DNA from: an uncultured Anaerolineae bacterium
GTDB taxonomy: Bacteria > Chloroflexota > Anaerolineae > B4-G1 > SLSP01
Assembly (NCBI GenBank): GCA_965602565.1
Contig: CBFCZM010000002.1
Location: 1-38,459, forward strand
Reading direction: 5' to 3'
DNA length: 38,459 nt
In this document: positions 26,339 to 35,183 of the stretch, one piece after another
Numbering within the stretch: the stretch's first letter is position 1
Layout: each line of letters starts with the position of its first letter
Position numbers and translations under genes: made by a program
The notes under the pieces: model-generated
What the model was told of the DNA's origin: nothing
Seen by the model: only the letters and a program-made list of their open reading frames with translations
Databases searched by the model: none

Positions 26339-28738
26339 TCAGATCTCTTCAGACGATTGAACGAGCGCGGATTCCAGAACTTCGTCCATTGTCTCCACAA
26401 AGACCAGCTCAACGCCATTTCGGATTTCCTTGGGCATGTCCTGCAGGTCCTTCTTGTTGCGCGTGGGTAGCAGGACAGTCTGCACGCCGGCCCGATGGGC
26501 GGCCAGTAGTTTCTCTTTGAGTCCACCGACCACCAGGACTCGCCCTCGCAGCGTGATCTCCCCTGTCATCGCTACATCGCGGCGCACCGGCTGTCCCGAG
26601 AAGGCGGAGAACAGAGCTGCGGCGATGGTGATGCCGCCGGATGGCCCATCTTTGGGTATGCCGCCTTCCGGAAAATGTATGTGGATGTCTGTCTTGTCGA
26701 ACTCTTCTGGGCTGATGTCCCACGCTTCCGCCCGCGATCTTAGGTAGGTAAGCGCGGCTTGCGCGGATTCCTGCATTACATCCCCAAGGTGTCCTGTGAG
26801 TGTGAGGCTTCCTTTGCCCGGCATCAATGCTACTTCAACCGGGAGCAAGTCCCCGCCGTTGGCTGTCCATGCCAGCCCCATGGCGACACCCACAGTGTGG
26901 TGGATCTCCAGATGCTCCTCCTGAAACCGCGGTGGGCCAAGACTGCGCGCCACTGATTTCGTTGTGATCGTGTGAATGGGGCTCTTGTCCTCAGCCAGGC
27001 GACGGGTTGCCTTGCGGCAGATGCTCCCAATCTCCCGATCCAGATTGCGTACCCCGGCTTCATATGTGTATTGGCGAATCAGCATATGCAGGGTTCTCGT
27101 AGGGAACGTGGGAGGATGAGCGGAGAGGCCGGTTCTCTCGATCTGGCGAGGTATAAGGAAGCGCCGGGCGATCTCGATCTTCTCAAGCTCGGTATAGCCA
27201 GGGAACTCGATAACCTCCATCCGGTCTTCCAGCGCCGGCGGGATCGTGTCCAGGACGTTGGCCGTAGCGATGAACAGCACCCTGGATAGGTCATGCGGTA
27301 TCTCAACGTAGTGGTCGGAGAAGGCGTTGTTCTGCTCGGGATCCAGTACCTCCAGCAGCGCGGAAGATGGATCCCCGCGGAAATCCATCCCTATCTTGTC
27401 CACTTCGTCGAGCATGAAGACAGGATTCACTGTTCCGGCGCGGCGAAGCGTCTGCAGGATCCGTCCGGGTAGCGCTCCGATGTACGTGCGCCGATGTCCC
27501 CGGATCTCCGCTTCGTCACGGACGCCGCCCAATGAGATACGGACGAACTTGCGGCCCAGGGCATCTGCGATGGAGCGTCCGAGTGATGTCTTCCCTGTAC
27601 CTGGCGGTCCCACAAAGCAGAGAATCGTGCCCTCCTGGGCCTGCGGTGCCATCTTCCTCACAGCGATGTATTCAAGAATCCTCTGTTTGGCTTTGGGCAG
27701 GCCGTAGTGTTGGGATTCGAGGATTCCTGCAGCATGTGCCATATCGAGGTCGTCTTCGCTGGCCCTGTCCCAGGGCAGATTGAGCAGCCAATCCAGGTAG
27801 GTGCGAATGATCCCGACCTCTGGAGCCATCGCCGGCATCATCGACAGGCGTTTGAGCTCGGCTTCTGCTCGTTCACGGACGTGATCGGGGAAGTCAGCGT
27901 TTGCCAGTTGCTCGCGGATTGTGAGGACATCCCGGGTGAAGGCGTCTGCTTCTCCCAACTCCTGTTGAATCGCGCGCATCTGCTCCCGAAGGAAGTACTC
28001 GCGTTGGTTCTTGTCGACCTCCTCCTGCACCGTTGTCTGGATCTGGTTTTCCAATTCCAGGACGTCGAGCTCTCGGGCCAGGTGCGTGCTGATGCTCTGG
28101 AGTCGCTCAGTGACATCCTGCGTTTCGAGGAGCGCCTGTCTGGCTTCGGTCGGCAAGTTGACGATCTGCGCAACAACGTCGGCTAGTTGGCCGGGAGCAG
28201 CCACGTTCATCGCATAGACGTAGGCCTCCTCGGGCAGTGCCTGGTTGAGCTGGACCACTTTCTCAAACATCGTCAGAACCGCACGCACTAGTGCCTCCGT
28301 AAGCGCACCTTCCTCCGCGGGTTCCGGAAGCATCTCGACAGTAGCGATCAAGTAGGGGCGTTCCTGTATGTACTCCAGTATTCTGACCCGCCCCACGCCC
28401 TGAGCGATAGCGCTGGTAGTGCCGTCAGGCAATCGAATCGAGCGGGCGATCACGACTTCTGTTCCGATAGTGCAGAGATCAGCGCCGGTCGGGTAGCTCT
28501 CTATGTTCTTGTTCTGCTGCACAACGACGACGACGGGCCAGTCTTCCTGGATCGCGACGGACAGCGCCTGCAGGGATTCATCCTGTCCAACATAGAGCGG
28601 CGTCACCATCTGCGGATAGACGACCAGCTCCCGCAGGGGAAGAAGGACCGCCTCGAAGGGGCCCTCTCCACCAGTTCCCGCGTCGAAAGCTTCGCCGAAG
28701 AAGTCCTCAGGTGTCAGTGGTAGTTTGTCCCAGTCCAT
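26339..28738 (-). CDS. lon: ATP-dependent Lon protease (LonA)
   Basis: 799 aa. 'FVGPPGTGKTSLGRSIA', 'MLDEVDK' and the protease-site motif 'PKDGPSGG'. The start is 3 nt after the folC stop. Confidence 0.97.
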   Translation of the reverse strand: MDWDKLPLTPEDFFGEAFDAGTGGEGPFEAVLLPLRELVVYPQMVTPLYVGQDESLQALSVAIQEDWPVVVVVQQNKNIESYPTGADLCTIGTEVVIARSIRLPDGTTSAIAQGVGRVRILEYIQERPYLIATVEMLPEPAEEGALTEALVRAVLTMFEKVVQLNQALPEEAYVYAMNVAAPGQLADVVAQIVNLPTEARQALLETQDVTERLQSISTHLARELDVLELENQIQTTVQEEVDKNQREYFLREQMRAIQQELGEADAFTRDVLTIREQLANADFPDHVRERAEAELKRLSMMPAMAPEVGIIRTYLDWLLNLPWDRASEDDLDMAHAAGILESQHYGLPKAKQRILEYIAVRKMAPQAQEGTILCFVGPPGTGKTSLGRSIADALGRKFVRISLGGVRDEAEIRGHRRTYIGALPGRILQTLRRAGTVNPVFMLDEVDKIGMDFRGDPSSALLEVLDPEQNNAFSDHYVEIPHDLSRVLFIATANVLDTIPPALEDRMEVIEFPGYTELEKIEIARRFLIPRQIERTGLSAHPPTFPTRTLHMLIRQYTYEAGVRNLDREIGSICRKATRRLAEDKSPIHTITTKSVARSLGPPRFQEEHLEIHHTVGVAMGLAWTANGGDLLPVEVALMPGKGSLTLTGHLGDVMQESAQAALTYLRSRAEAWDISPEEFDKTDIHIHFPEGGIPKDGPSGGITIAAALFSAFSGQPVRRDVAMTGEITLRGRVLVVGGLKEKLLAAHRAGVQTVLLPTRNKKDLQDMPKEIRNGVELVFVETMDEVLESALVQSSEEI

Positions 28739-28741
28739 GGT

Positions 28742-30106
28742 TCACTCCCAGGGTTCGTCGACCCAGTCTCCCATCGGGAGATCAAGATGCGCATCTTTGC
28801 CCCAGGCCTCGCGAGTGTCTGCTACGAGGAAAATCGAGCCGGTGGCGATAATGCCCCAACCGGGTTGCAGTCTATGGCACGCCTGCTCCAATCCACGTTT
28901 GGGATTCACGGCGATCTCGGCACCTTTGCCAAGGTCGGCACAGATGTCGGCCAATACGTAGGGGGCCGCTGCGCGGGGGTGATAGGAACGCGTAACGATC
29001 ACGTGCTTGCTGATGGGCAGCAGGGCCTCGAGCATGCCGGTGATGTCTTTGTCGTTGGAGGCCCCGTACAACAGGATCCAGGAAGTATTGGGGAACCACA
29101 GCTCCAGTGAATCAGCCAAGGCTCGGGCTGAATAGGGGTTGTGGGCGCAGTCTACGATGAGTCGCGGACTCTCACTTAACACTTCCATGCGTCCGGGCCA
29201 GCTGACAGTCCTTAGTCCCTTGCGCACAGCTTCCGGCGTAGCCCACGGATGGCCGCTTGCCTGCAGGACTGCTGACGTCGCGACCGCCGTGGCTGCGTTC
29301 TCCAGCTGGAACTCGCCAAGCAGCGCAAGCTCGTAGTCGCCATCAAATGGCGATGGGGCTGCCGTGTGGTTAACCCGCAGTGTTTGGCGGCTGTGTGATC
29401 GGGAAGCGGCTTCCCAGGTCACGTCTTGACCCACGATTGTGAGCGGCGCTCCTCGCTCTTCAGCAACACGCCGCAGAACCTGAAGCGCAGCGGGCCTCTG
29501 CGGTGATGTCACCACGGGTGTGCCTGGCTTGATGATGCCGGCTTTCTCGAAAGCGATTTCCGCCAGCGCATTGCCAAGCAGGTAGGTATGGTCCAGACTC
29601 AGCGAGGTTATGACGCTGACCTCGGGCGTGATCACGTTCGTGGCATCTAGCCTGCCGCCCAGCCCCACCTCCATGACGGCCAGATCGACATCTGCTCTCA
29701 GAAAGTGCAGGAATGCCAGAGCTGTGGTTACCTCAAATGTGGTCAGGGCAGCAACTGTCTCCACGACCGGCTGGATTTCCTCGACCAACTCAATCATAGC
29801 GGACCGCGAGATCGGTATTCCGTCGACCTGAATGCGTTCCCGGTACGTGTGTAAGTGGGGAGAGACATACAGCCCTGTATGCAGCCCTCCGGCACGGGCA
29901 ATGCTCGCCATCATTGCGGACACGGAGCCCTTGCCCTTGGTTCCCGCGATGTGCAACGTTGGATACGCTTGATGCGGGTTCCCTAGTTTCTCGAGGAGCT
30001 GTATGACGCGCTCAAGCTTGAACACGCGGGCTGAGTAGCGCTCGATACGGCGTTTCTCATAGTCTACGAGCCCATAGAGGTAACGCAAGACGTCGTGGTA
30101 TTTCAT
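28742..30106 (-). CDS. folC: Bifunctional folylpolyglutamate synthase / dihydrofolate synthase
   Basis: Mur-ligase P-loop 'HIAGTKGKGSVSAM'. 454 aa. Confidence 0.92.
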   Translation of the reverse strand: MKYHDVLRYLYGLVDYEKRRIERYSARVFKLERVIQLLEKLGNPHQAYPTLHIAGTKGKGSVSAMMASIARAGGLHTGLYVSPHLHTYRERIQVDGIPISRSAMIELVEEIQPVVETVAALTTFEVTTALAFLHFLRADVDLAVMEVGLGGRLDATNVITPEVSVITSLSLDHTYLLGNALAEIAFEKAGIIKPGTPVVTSPQRPAALQVLRRVAEERGAPLTIVGQDVTWEAASRSHSRQTLRVNHTAAPSPFDGDYELALLGEFQLENAATAVATSAVLQASGHPWATPEAVRKGLRTVSWPGRMEVLSESPRLIVDCAHNPYSARALADSLELWFPNTSWILLYGASNDKDITGMLEALLPISKHVIVTRSYHPRAAAPYVLADICADLGKGAEIAVNPKRGLEQACHRLQPGWGIIATGSIFLVADTREAWGKDAHLDLPMGDWVDEPWE

Positions 30107-30403
30107 ATTATGGCAGACTGATCCTTGTGCTGAGTGGGTTATGAAAGACTACCGTGGGTCAGGTTGGCTATCCTTGAGTGAAATGCAGCCTTAGTTTGTC
30201 CGAAGTCAACTGGGGATTCTACTTGTTTCCGGGTTATTGGCAATGCTTGGAGTAAGAACCGGCGGATGCTGCTTTCTGGTAGCACCGCGGTTCGACTGTG
30301 GGGGAACTCTCCTGGAAGATATCGTTGGTTGCCCGGTGGTTTCTCCTTTTCCCTGTTGTGTGTTACAGTGGCCCTACATGGCGATCTCTTGAGGAGGAGA
30401 TGG

Positions 30404-32047
30404 ATGCTGGCTGTACGCGTGGGGTTCCTGGTCCTCTACTTGACGGGAACCTATCTCCTAGACAGATATCTGCGGGGGCACCTACCTACATCAAGCCGTC
30501 TTCCTGCGTCTCCAGGAAGCGAGCCGTGGATGGCACTCCTCTGGGTGTGGGGACCGACGCTGTGGATCTTCCCCGGGTTGCTGTGGATCGGCGTCCTGGA
30601 CCTGTCGCCACTGTTCGTGCTGGCACTGACTTTCCTGCTGCCTCTATGTTGCCTCAGCCTGTTCGTGCTCTTCAGTGGTGTCTTTACGTCACATGGGCGG
30701 TCGGCGGATCGCCCGGCCCTGATTCTGGTGGTTGGATCGATTCTGCTTCTCACAGCTCTGGTCCTTCTGGCAGCCCTGATCCAACCCGAGATCTCGTACG
30801 CGAAATTCGGTCTCTTCTGTCTCTCATCAATCACACCAACCACTGTCTCGATCTGGCTCCTGATCATCTGGGTGCCCGCTGTGGTGCCGGTGAGCGATGG
30901 CGTCGAGGCGCCTTTGCGCACGGCATTGTCGCTGGTCTTGGGTTTCTACTCCACAGTTCCCGGGACGACCTGGTTCGTGGAGGATGGCAAAGTACACACG
31001 CGGATACAGGGAAGTGCCGGTCGTGGCAATGGACCGGGCCTGCTGGTGACCGAACCTGAGAACGTGGTTGTGCTCCGCTTGGGATCGCAGATCACCCGGG
31101 TTGCCGGTCCAGGAGCCGTCTTGACACAGAGAGGCGAAGTCCCGTTCAGAGTCGTTGACCTGCGGAACCAGACGCGGTTGACTGCTGTGAACGCGATCAC
31201 GCGTGATGGGATTGAGGTGCATGTCCCCATTTCGTCAGCGTTCCGGATTCAGCGAGGCAGCCGCCAGATCTCGCTGGGGGCGCCCTGGCCATGTCGTGCA
31301 CAGCGAGATGTACTGCAGGCGCTGTTCGCTGAGGAAGTAGATCCCTCAGGACGGAGTCCCCTGGATGCGCACACGGCGCACCCTTGGGAGGATCTCCCCA
31401 TCAAGCTATCGGCACATAAGCTGGAACAGGCTGTTTCCTTCTATAGTCTGGATCAGCTCTATGGCGGCATCACCGATGCAAAGGCCGTACGCGTTCCACG
31501 AGATCCTCAGTACGAGCTATTGAGGATTCACAGGCTCGTTGAGACCTCCTTGGGGTTGTCAAAGGACCGTCAGCTTGGGGACTGTTTGTGCCGGCAAACG
31601 ATCGGCAAGACGGTGCGCCGATCGGTTCAGCAAGCCTTGGCGCCGCGCGGCTTCGAGATTGCCGGCGGTGGGGTGCGTGGCACGATCGAGCCCGTCAGCC
31701 GGGCCATCACCGAGCAGCGGGTGGAGGCGTGGAAGTCGCGATTCATCACCAAGGTGATGGATTGGCACGAGAGCACAGAACGCAAACGTTCCACTGCACT
31801 GGGCAAGCTCCGGCAAGATGCGGACAGCAAGATGATCTCGGGGTTGGTTGCTGAGATGAGGAAGCGGCTCAAGGACGTCGATGGCGCCGCCAAGCGTGAG
31901 CTGGCCGCCAATTACGTCCTCGACTGCCTCATAGGAATGGCGCGCAGCTCAGAGGTGCAGCGTATGCTGCCCGAATCGGCACTTCCGACGTTGGAGAGGG
32001 TCTTGGAGAAGGTCCATAGGGATGCCGGCGGAGGGCAGAATCCGTGA
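30404..32047 (+). CDS. Polytopic membrane protein with a C-terminal SPFH (band-7/stomatin/prohibitin)-like domain
   Basis: The track ORF is 30266-32047. I prefer the ATG at 30404, which follows GAGGAGGAG by 4 nt. About 6 TM segments are followed by 'VVVLRLGSQITRVAGPGAVL...FRVVDLRNQTRLTAVNAITRDGIEVHVPISSAFRI' and a helical tail. Confidence 0.7.
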   Translation: MLAVRVGFLVLYLTGTYLLDRYLRGHLPTSSRLPASPGSEPWMALLWVWGPTLWIFPGLLWIGVLDLSPLFVLALTFLLPLCCLSLFVLFSGVFTSHGRSADRPALILVVGSILLLTALVLLAALIQPEISYAKFGLFCLSSITPTTVSIWLLIIWVPAVVPVSDGVEAPLRTALSLVLGFYSTVPGTTWFVEDGKVHTRIQGSAGRGNGPGLLVTEPENVVVLRLGSQITRVAGPGAVLTQRGEVPFRVVDLRNQTRLTAVNAITRDGIEVHVPISSAFRIQRGSRQISLGAPWPCRAQRDVLQALFAEEVDPSGRSPLDAHTAHPWEDLPIKLSAHKLEQAVSFYSLDQLYGGITDAKAVRVPRDPQYELLRIHRLVETSLGLSKDRQLGDCLCRQTIGKTVRRSVQQALAPRGFEIAGGGVRGTIEPVSRAITEQRVEAWKSRFITKVMDWHESTERKRSTALGKLRQDADSKMISGLVAEMRKRLKDVDGAAKRELAANYVLDCLIGMARSSEVQRMLPESALPTLERVLEKVHRDAGGGQNP

Positions 32048-33357
32048 GTCTACGCAGAGCTCTCGTGTTCTTGACATGCGGCGTGCTCTTTCTGGCCTAT
32101 GCGGCGACTTTGCCGATCGTGCTTTGGGGCGATGTGCGAGAGTCGCTGGGATCTTCCCAGCGCACAGACTACCTGGTCCTTGTTGCGGGATTCGGCATTG
32201 CCCTTGGCGCCGCCTTCTATCACGTGCCGCGCGTGCTGCGGCAGTACACGCAGGCGCTGCATGACTTGAGTACGGATGATTCCGAGGCATTGACGAGTCG
32301 TCTGTTGTCTGGCTTGACCCCCAACACAGCTCGCGGCGTGACTCTGAGCGTGCAAGGCGGACAGGTGGATCTCGATGGCCCTCCAGTTGTGCACAAAGTG
32401 GGAGGCCCGGCGAAGCTCAATGTGGACCACAGCAGCGTGGTTTTGACCAGCCGCTTGGGTAAGCTTGCTCGCATCCTGGGCCCGGGAATCCATGATTTGC
32501 GGACGTTCGAGAGAGTCTGGGATGTGGTCGATATGCGTCCTCAACGCCGCACTGTGACGGTCAGATTCCTGACGCGCGACGGTATCCCGGCTTCTTGTCA
32601 AGCAAGCATTGTCTGCCGGATCGCATCATCCCGGCCTGAGGAGTTCGGGGGGGCAATGCCGCCCTTTGGGTATTCAGAACAGGCTGTTCTCAAGGTCACG
32701 ACGTCCAAGTCTGTGCGCAAGCATGAGGGGAGCGATCGTGTCTCGGACTGGGTGACCGGCATGTCGATGGGCGTACTGGATGGTGCTGTGAGAGATGTGC
32801 TGGAGCAGTATCGTCTGGATGAGTTCCTGAACCCTCGGTACTGGCTTGAAGAGGACGATGTGCCAGCCCCGAAGCTTCTACCTGAGTTCGAGGCCGAGAT
32901 CGAGAGAATCGTGCGCGACAAGGGTGCCGAGCGGGGAGTTGTTGTGGAGCGGATCGAGCTCGGTATGGTACGTCCTGCCGAGGAGGCGATCTCACGCCAG
33001 TGGCTTGAGCTCTGGCAAGCCAAGCTACAGCAGAACGCCAACATCGATACGATGGAGGCGACCGCAGACCTTGAGCAGTTGGCAAACGACGTGCGCGTAG
33101 AGGCTCAAGTGAGGTTCGTCAATAGTATGCTTGCGAAGTTACAGGGACCCCTTCATGACGAGGTCGAGGTATCTCCGCAGTTGATCATTGACAGTCTTCT
33201 TGAGGTGCTGTATGCGGCTACGTCGGGTCAGGGCCCTGAGCGACAACGACTGGTCATCTCGCAGGCTGCGGACCTCGTGCGTGTTGCCACCCCCACTCCG
33301 CAGGATTCCCAGTCTCCCCCCACGACCGAGCTCCCCGCCGGCCCACAACCGCGGTAG
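32044..33357 (+). CDS. Bitopic membrane protein with an SPFH (band-7)-like domain and a coiled-coil tail, paralogous to the upstream gene
   Basis: The GTG start overlaps the upstream stop (GTGA at 32044-32047), with GGAGGG 8 nt upstream. 'VVLTSRLGKLARILGPGIHDL...WDVVDMRPQRRTVTVRFLTRDGIPASCQASIVCRI' and 'ERGVVVERIELGMVRPAEEA'. Confidence 0.7.
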   Translation: MSLRRALVFLTCGVLFLAYAATLPIVLWGDVRESLGSSQRTDYLVLVAGFGIALGAAFYHVPRVLRQYTQALHDLSTDDSEALTSRLLSGLTPNTARGVTLSVQGGQVDLDGPPVVHKVGGPAKLNVDHSSVVLTSRLGKLARILGPGIHDLRTFERVWDVVDMRPQRRTVTVRFLTRDGIPASCQASIVCRIASSRPEEFGGAMPPFGYSEQAVLKVTTSKSVRKHEGSDRVSDWVTGMSMGVLDGAVRDVLEQYRLDEFLNPRYWLEEDDVPAPKLLPEFEAEIERIVRDKGAERGVVVERIELGMVRPAEEAISRQWLELWQAKLQQNANIDTMEATADLEQLANDVRVEAQVRFVNSMLAKLQGPLHDEVEVSPQLIIDSLLEVLYAATSGQGPERQRLVISQAADLVRVATPTPQDSQSPPTTELPAGPQPR

Positions 33358-33420
33358 TACGCCGTATCCCTGTGCTCCGGGTGTCGGTGCTGTGGGTACT
33401 GGCTCCTGCCCATTCGTGAA

Positions 33421-33765
33421 TTGCGGGATGCCACATCTCTGCAATTAGATCAGTTCTCATGTGGTGTTGAGCTGTTGGGGCGCGGGGATCTGGTGCCAGC
33501 GCTAGCTACTGTTGACCAACTCGCAAAGGCTGCCACGGTACAGCGCGCCCGATATGCCTGCGCTCTCGCTCCCGTGCTGCGTGCAGATGTGCTACGCCGG
33601 ATGGCGCGATGGGAGGAGAGCCTTGACGCGGTCAGCCGGATGGTAGTTCGCGCTGATGCAGTTGTCGTTCATCCGTTTCGGATTATCATCTCCGATAGGG
33701 TCACTGCTGCATACGCTTCTCCTGAGATCCGCCCGGTGCAGTTGGGTGCTGTGTCGCTCTTGTAG
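33421..33765 (+). CDS. Hypothetical 114-aa ORF (TTG start). Coding status is doubtful.
   Basis: It is the only sizeable ORF in a 680-bp unassigned stretch. There is no recognisable motif and no clear RBS, and third-position composition is unremarkable. Confidence 0.25.
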   Translation: MRDATSLQLDQFSCGVELLGRGDLVPALATVDQLAKAATVQRARYACALAPVLRADVLRRMARWEESLDAVSRMVVRADAVVVHPFRIIISDRVTAAYASPEIRPVQLGAVSLL

Positions 33766-34037
33766 CCACGCTCGCAGATACAGCATGTGGCAAACCGCGT
33801 GACGAGGGATGAACCAACGTGGGACTCGGGTGGGATGGCGATCTGCCGATCACCGAGGTTACCCGGAGTAGTCCGCATCCGGGGAACTGACTTAGGTGGC
33901 GGACAAGCCTTTTGTGCGAAGAGAAGATCGTCGGGTGGGGTTCCGTTTGTCAGCGCGGCGGAACGGCCTTGGGCAAAGCACCCTGGATCAGGCTTGACAA
34001 GCTTACCTCGGCTGTAGACCAGGGAGGGGGAACCAGA

Positions 34038-34973
34038 ATGAGCTATGCAGAGCATCGCGCGTTAGTTGTGGGTACCGCTAGTCTGGATATCAAGGTGCAG
34101 CCTCGAACTGCCGTGGTCGAACCTGCGTGCTCCAATCCCGGTTCGATCCGCTGGGGATGGGGTGGCGTAGCCCGCAACATAGCGGAGAACCTGGCACGTC
34201 TTTCAGTTGAGGTCCACTTGGTCACGGCCGTGGGTGATGATCGGTGGGGGCGTATGCTGTTGTGCCGGCTGCGTGACTTGGGGATCAACACCGATGGATG
34301 CATTGTCTCAGATGCGCATCCGACAGGCTCATACGTCGCGCTTTCACACTTCGGTAAGCAACCCTGGGTGGCTTTCGACGACATGGCGGCGATGCGTGAG
34401 ATCACGCCTGGACACCTTCACCGCCTGCGGGGTCTGGTGAGGGATGCGGACATTGTCTGCATCGACGCGAATCTGTCGGCGCGCACACTCCAGACTCTGT
34501 TCCGTCTCACGACTGAGCACGATATCCCGGTGTGTGCCGATCCCACGACCGCACTGCTGGCCCATCGTCTCCTTCCGCACCTTCCGCAGATCGCGGCAAT
34601 CACGCCTGACCTGGCGGAAGCTGAGGCGCTTGTGGGGCAGGAGTTGGACGCGGATGAGGACACCGGGGCTGCTGCTCGCCGACTGGTGCAATCCGGTGTC
34701 GACCTGGCCATCATCACGCTGGGTGCTGCAGGGCTCTACTACGCGACGTCGGCTGAGAGTGGCCGTATTCCTCCTTTCCCCGTGGACGTCGTGGATCTCA
34801 CGGGAGCTGGAGATGCCCTGACGGCTGCGGTTGCCTACGGCTTGCTCGAAGGGATGTCGCCCGAGGAGACTGTGAGGCTGGGCACTGCTGCTGCGGCGCA
34901 GACGATCACTTGTCAGGAGACGGTCTGTCCTGCCTTGAGTCCTGAGCTGTTGTACGAACGGCTGGTAATGTAG
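34038..34973 (+). CDS. PfkB-family carbohydrate/nucleoside kinase, most similar in motif pattern to pseudouridine kinase (PsuK/YeiC)
   Basis: AGGGAGGGG upstream of the ATG at 34038. 'SNPGSIRWGWGGVARNIAENLARL' and 'DLTGAGDALTAA' are the PfkB signature regions. Confidence 0.85.
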   Translation: MSYAEHRALVVGTASLDIKVQPRTAVVEPACSNPGSIRWGWGGVARNIAENLARLSVEVHLVTAVGDDRWGRMLLCRLRDLGINTDGCIVSDAHPTGSYVALSHFGKQPWVAFDDMAAMREITPGHLHRLRGLVRDADIVCIDANLSARTLQTLFRLTTEHDIPVCADPTTALLAHRLLPHLPQIAAITPDLAEAEALVGQELDADEDTGAAARRLVQSGVDLAIITLGAAGLYYATSAESGRIPPFPVDVVDLTGAGDALTAAVAYGLLEGMSPEETVRLGTAAAAQTITCQETVCPALSPELLYERLVM

Positions 34974-35183
34974 GCACTGAGCTATCTGCTGGACGCGGAT
35001 AGGGAGCCAATTCCTGGATGAATGAGGAGGAAACGTGGCTAGACACGTGTGGCCTTCTGCTGCGGCATTCCGATATGCACGTACCGATGAAGCCTGGCGG
35101 ACGACACAGGTTTCAGGTTCCGTCCATCCTGATCTGCAGGCCAAGTCCGACGTGCGAAGTCTGGCAGACACCTTTTGATCCCG

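Noticed and set aside
26590-26640. The Lon protease active-site motif reads PKDGPSGG rather than the usual PKDGPSAG
   Set aside because: The catalytic Ser is retained. A single Ala-to-Gly change next to it is a conservative variant and gives no evidence of inactivation.
30266-30403. Upstream in-frame extension of the first SPFH gene (track start at 30266)
   Set aside because: The ATG at 30266 has no suitably spaced SD, whereas the ATG at 30404 follows GAGGAGGAG by 4 nt and starts directly with a TM helix. The extension cannot be excluded and may instead be 5' UTR.
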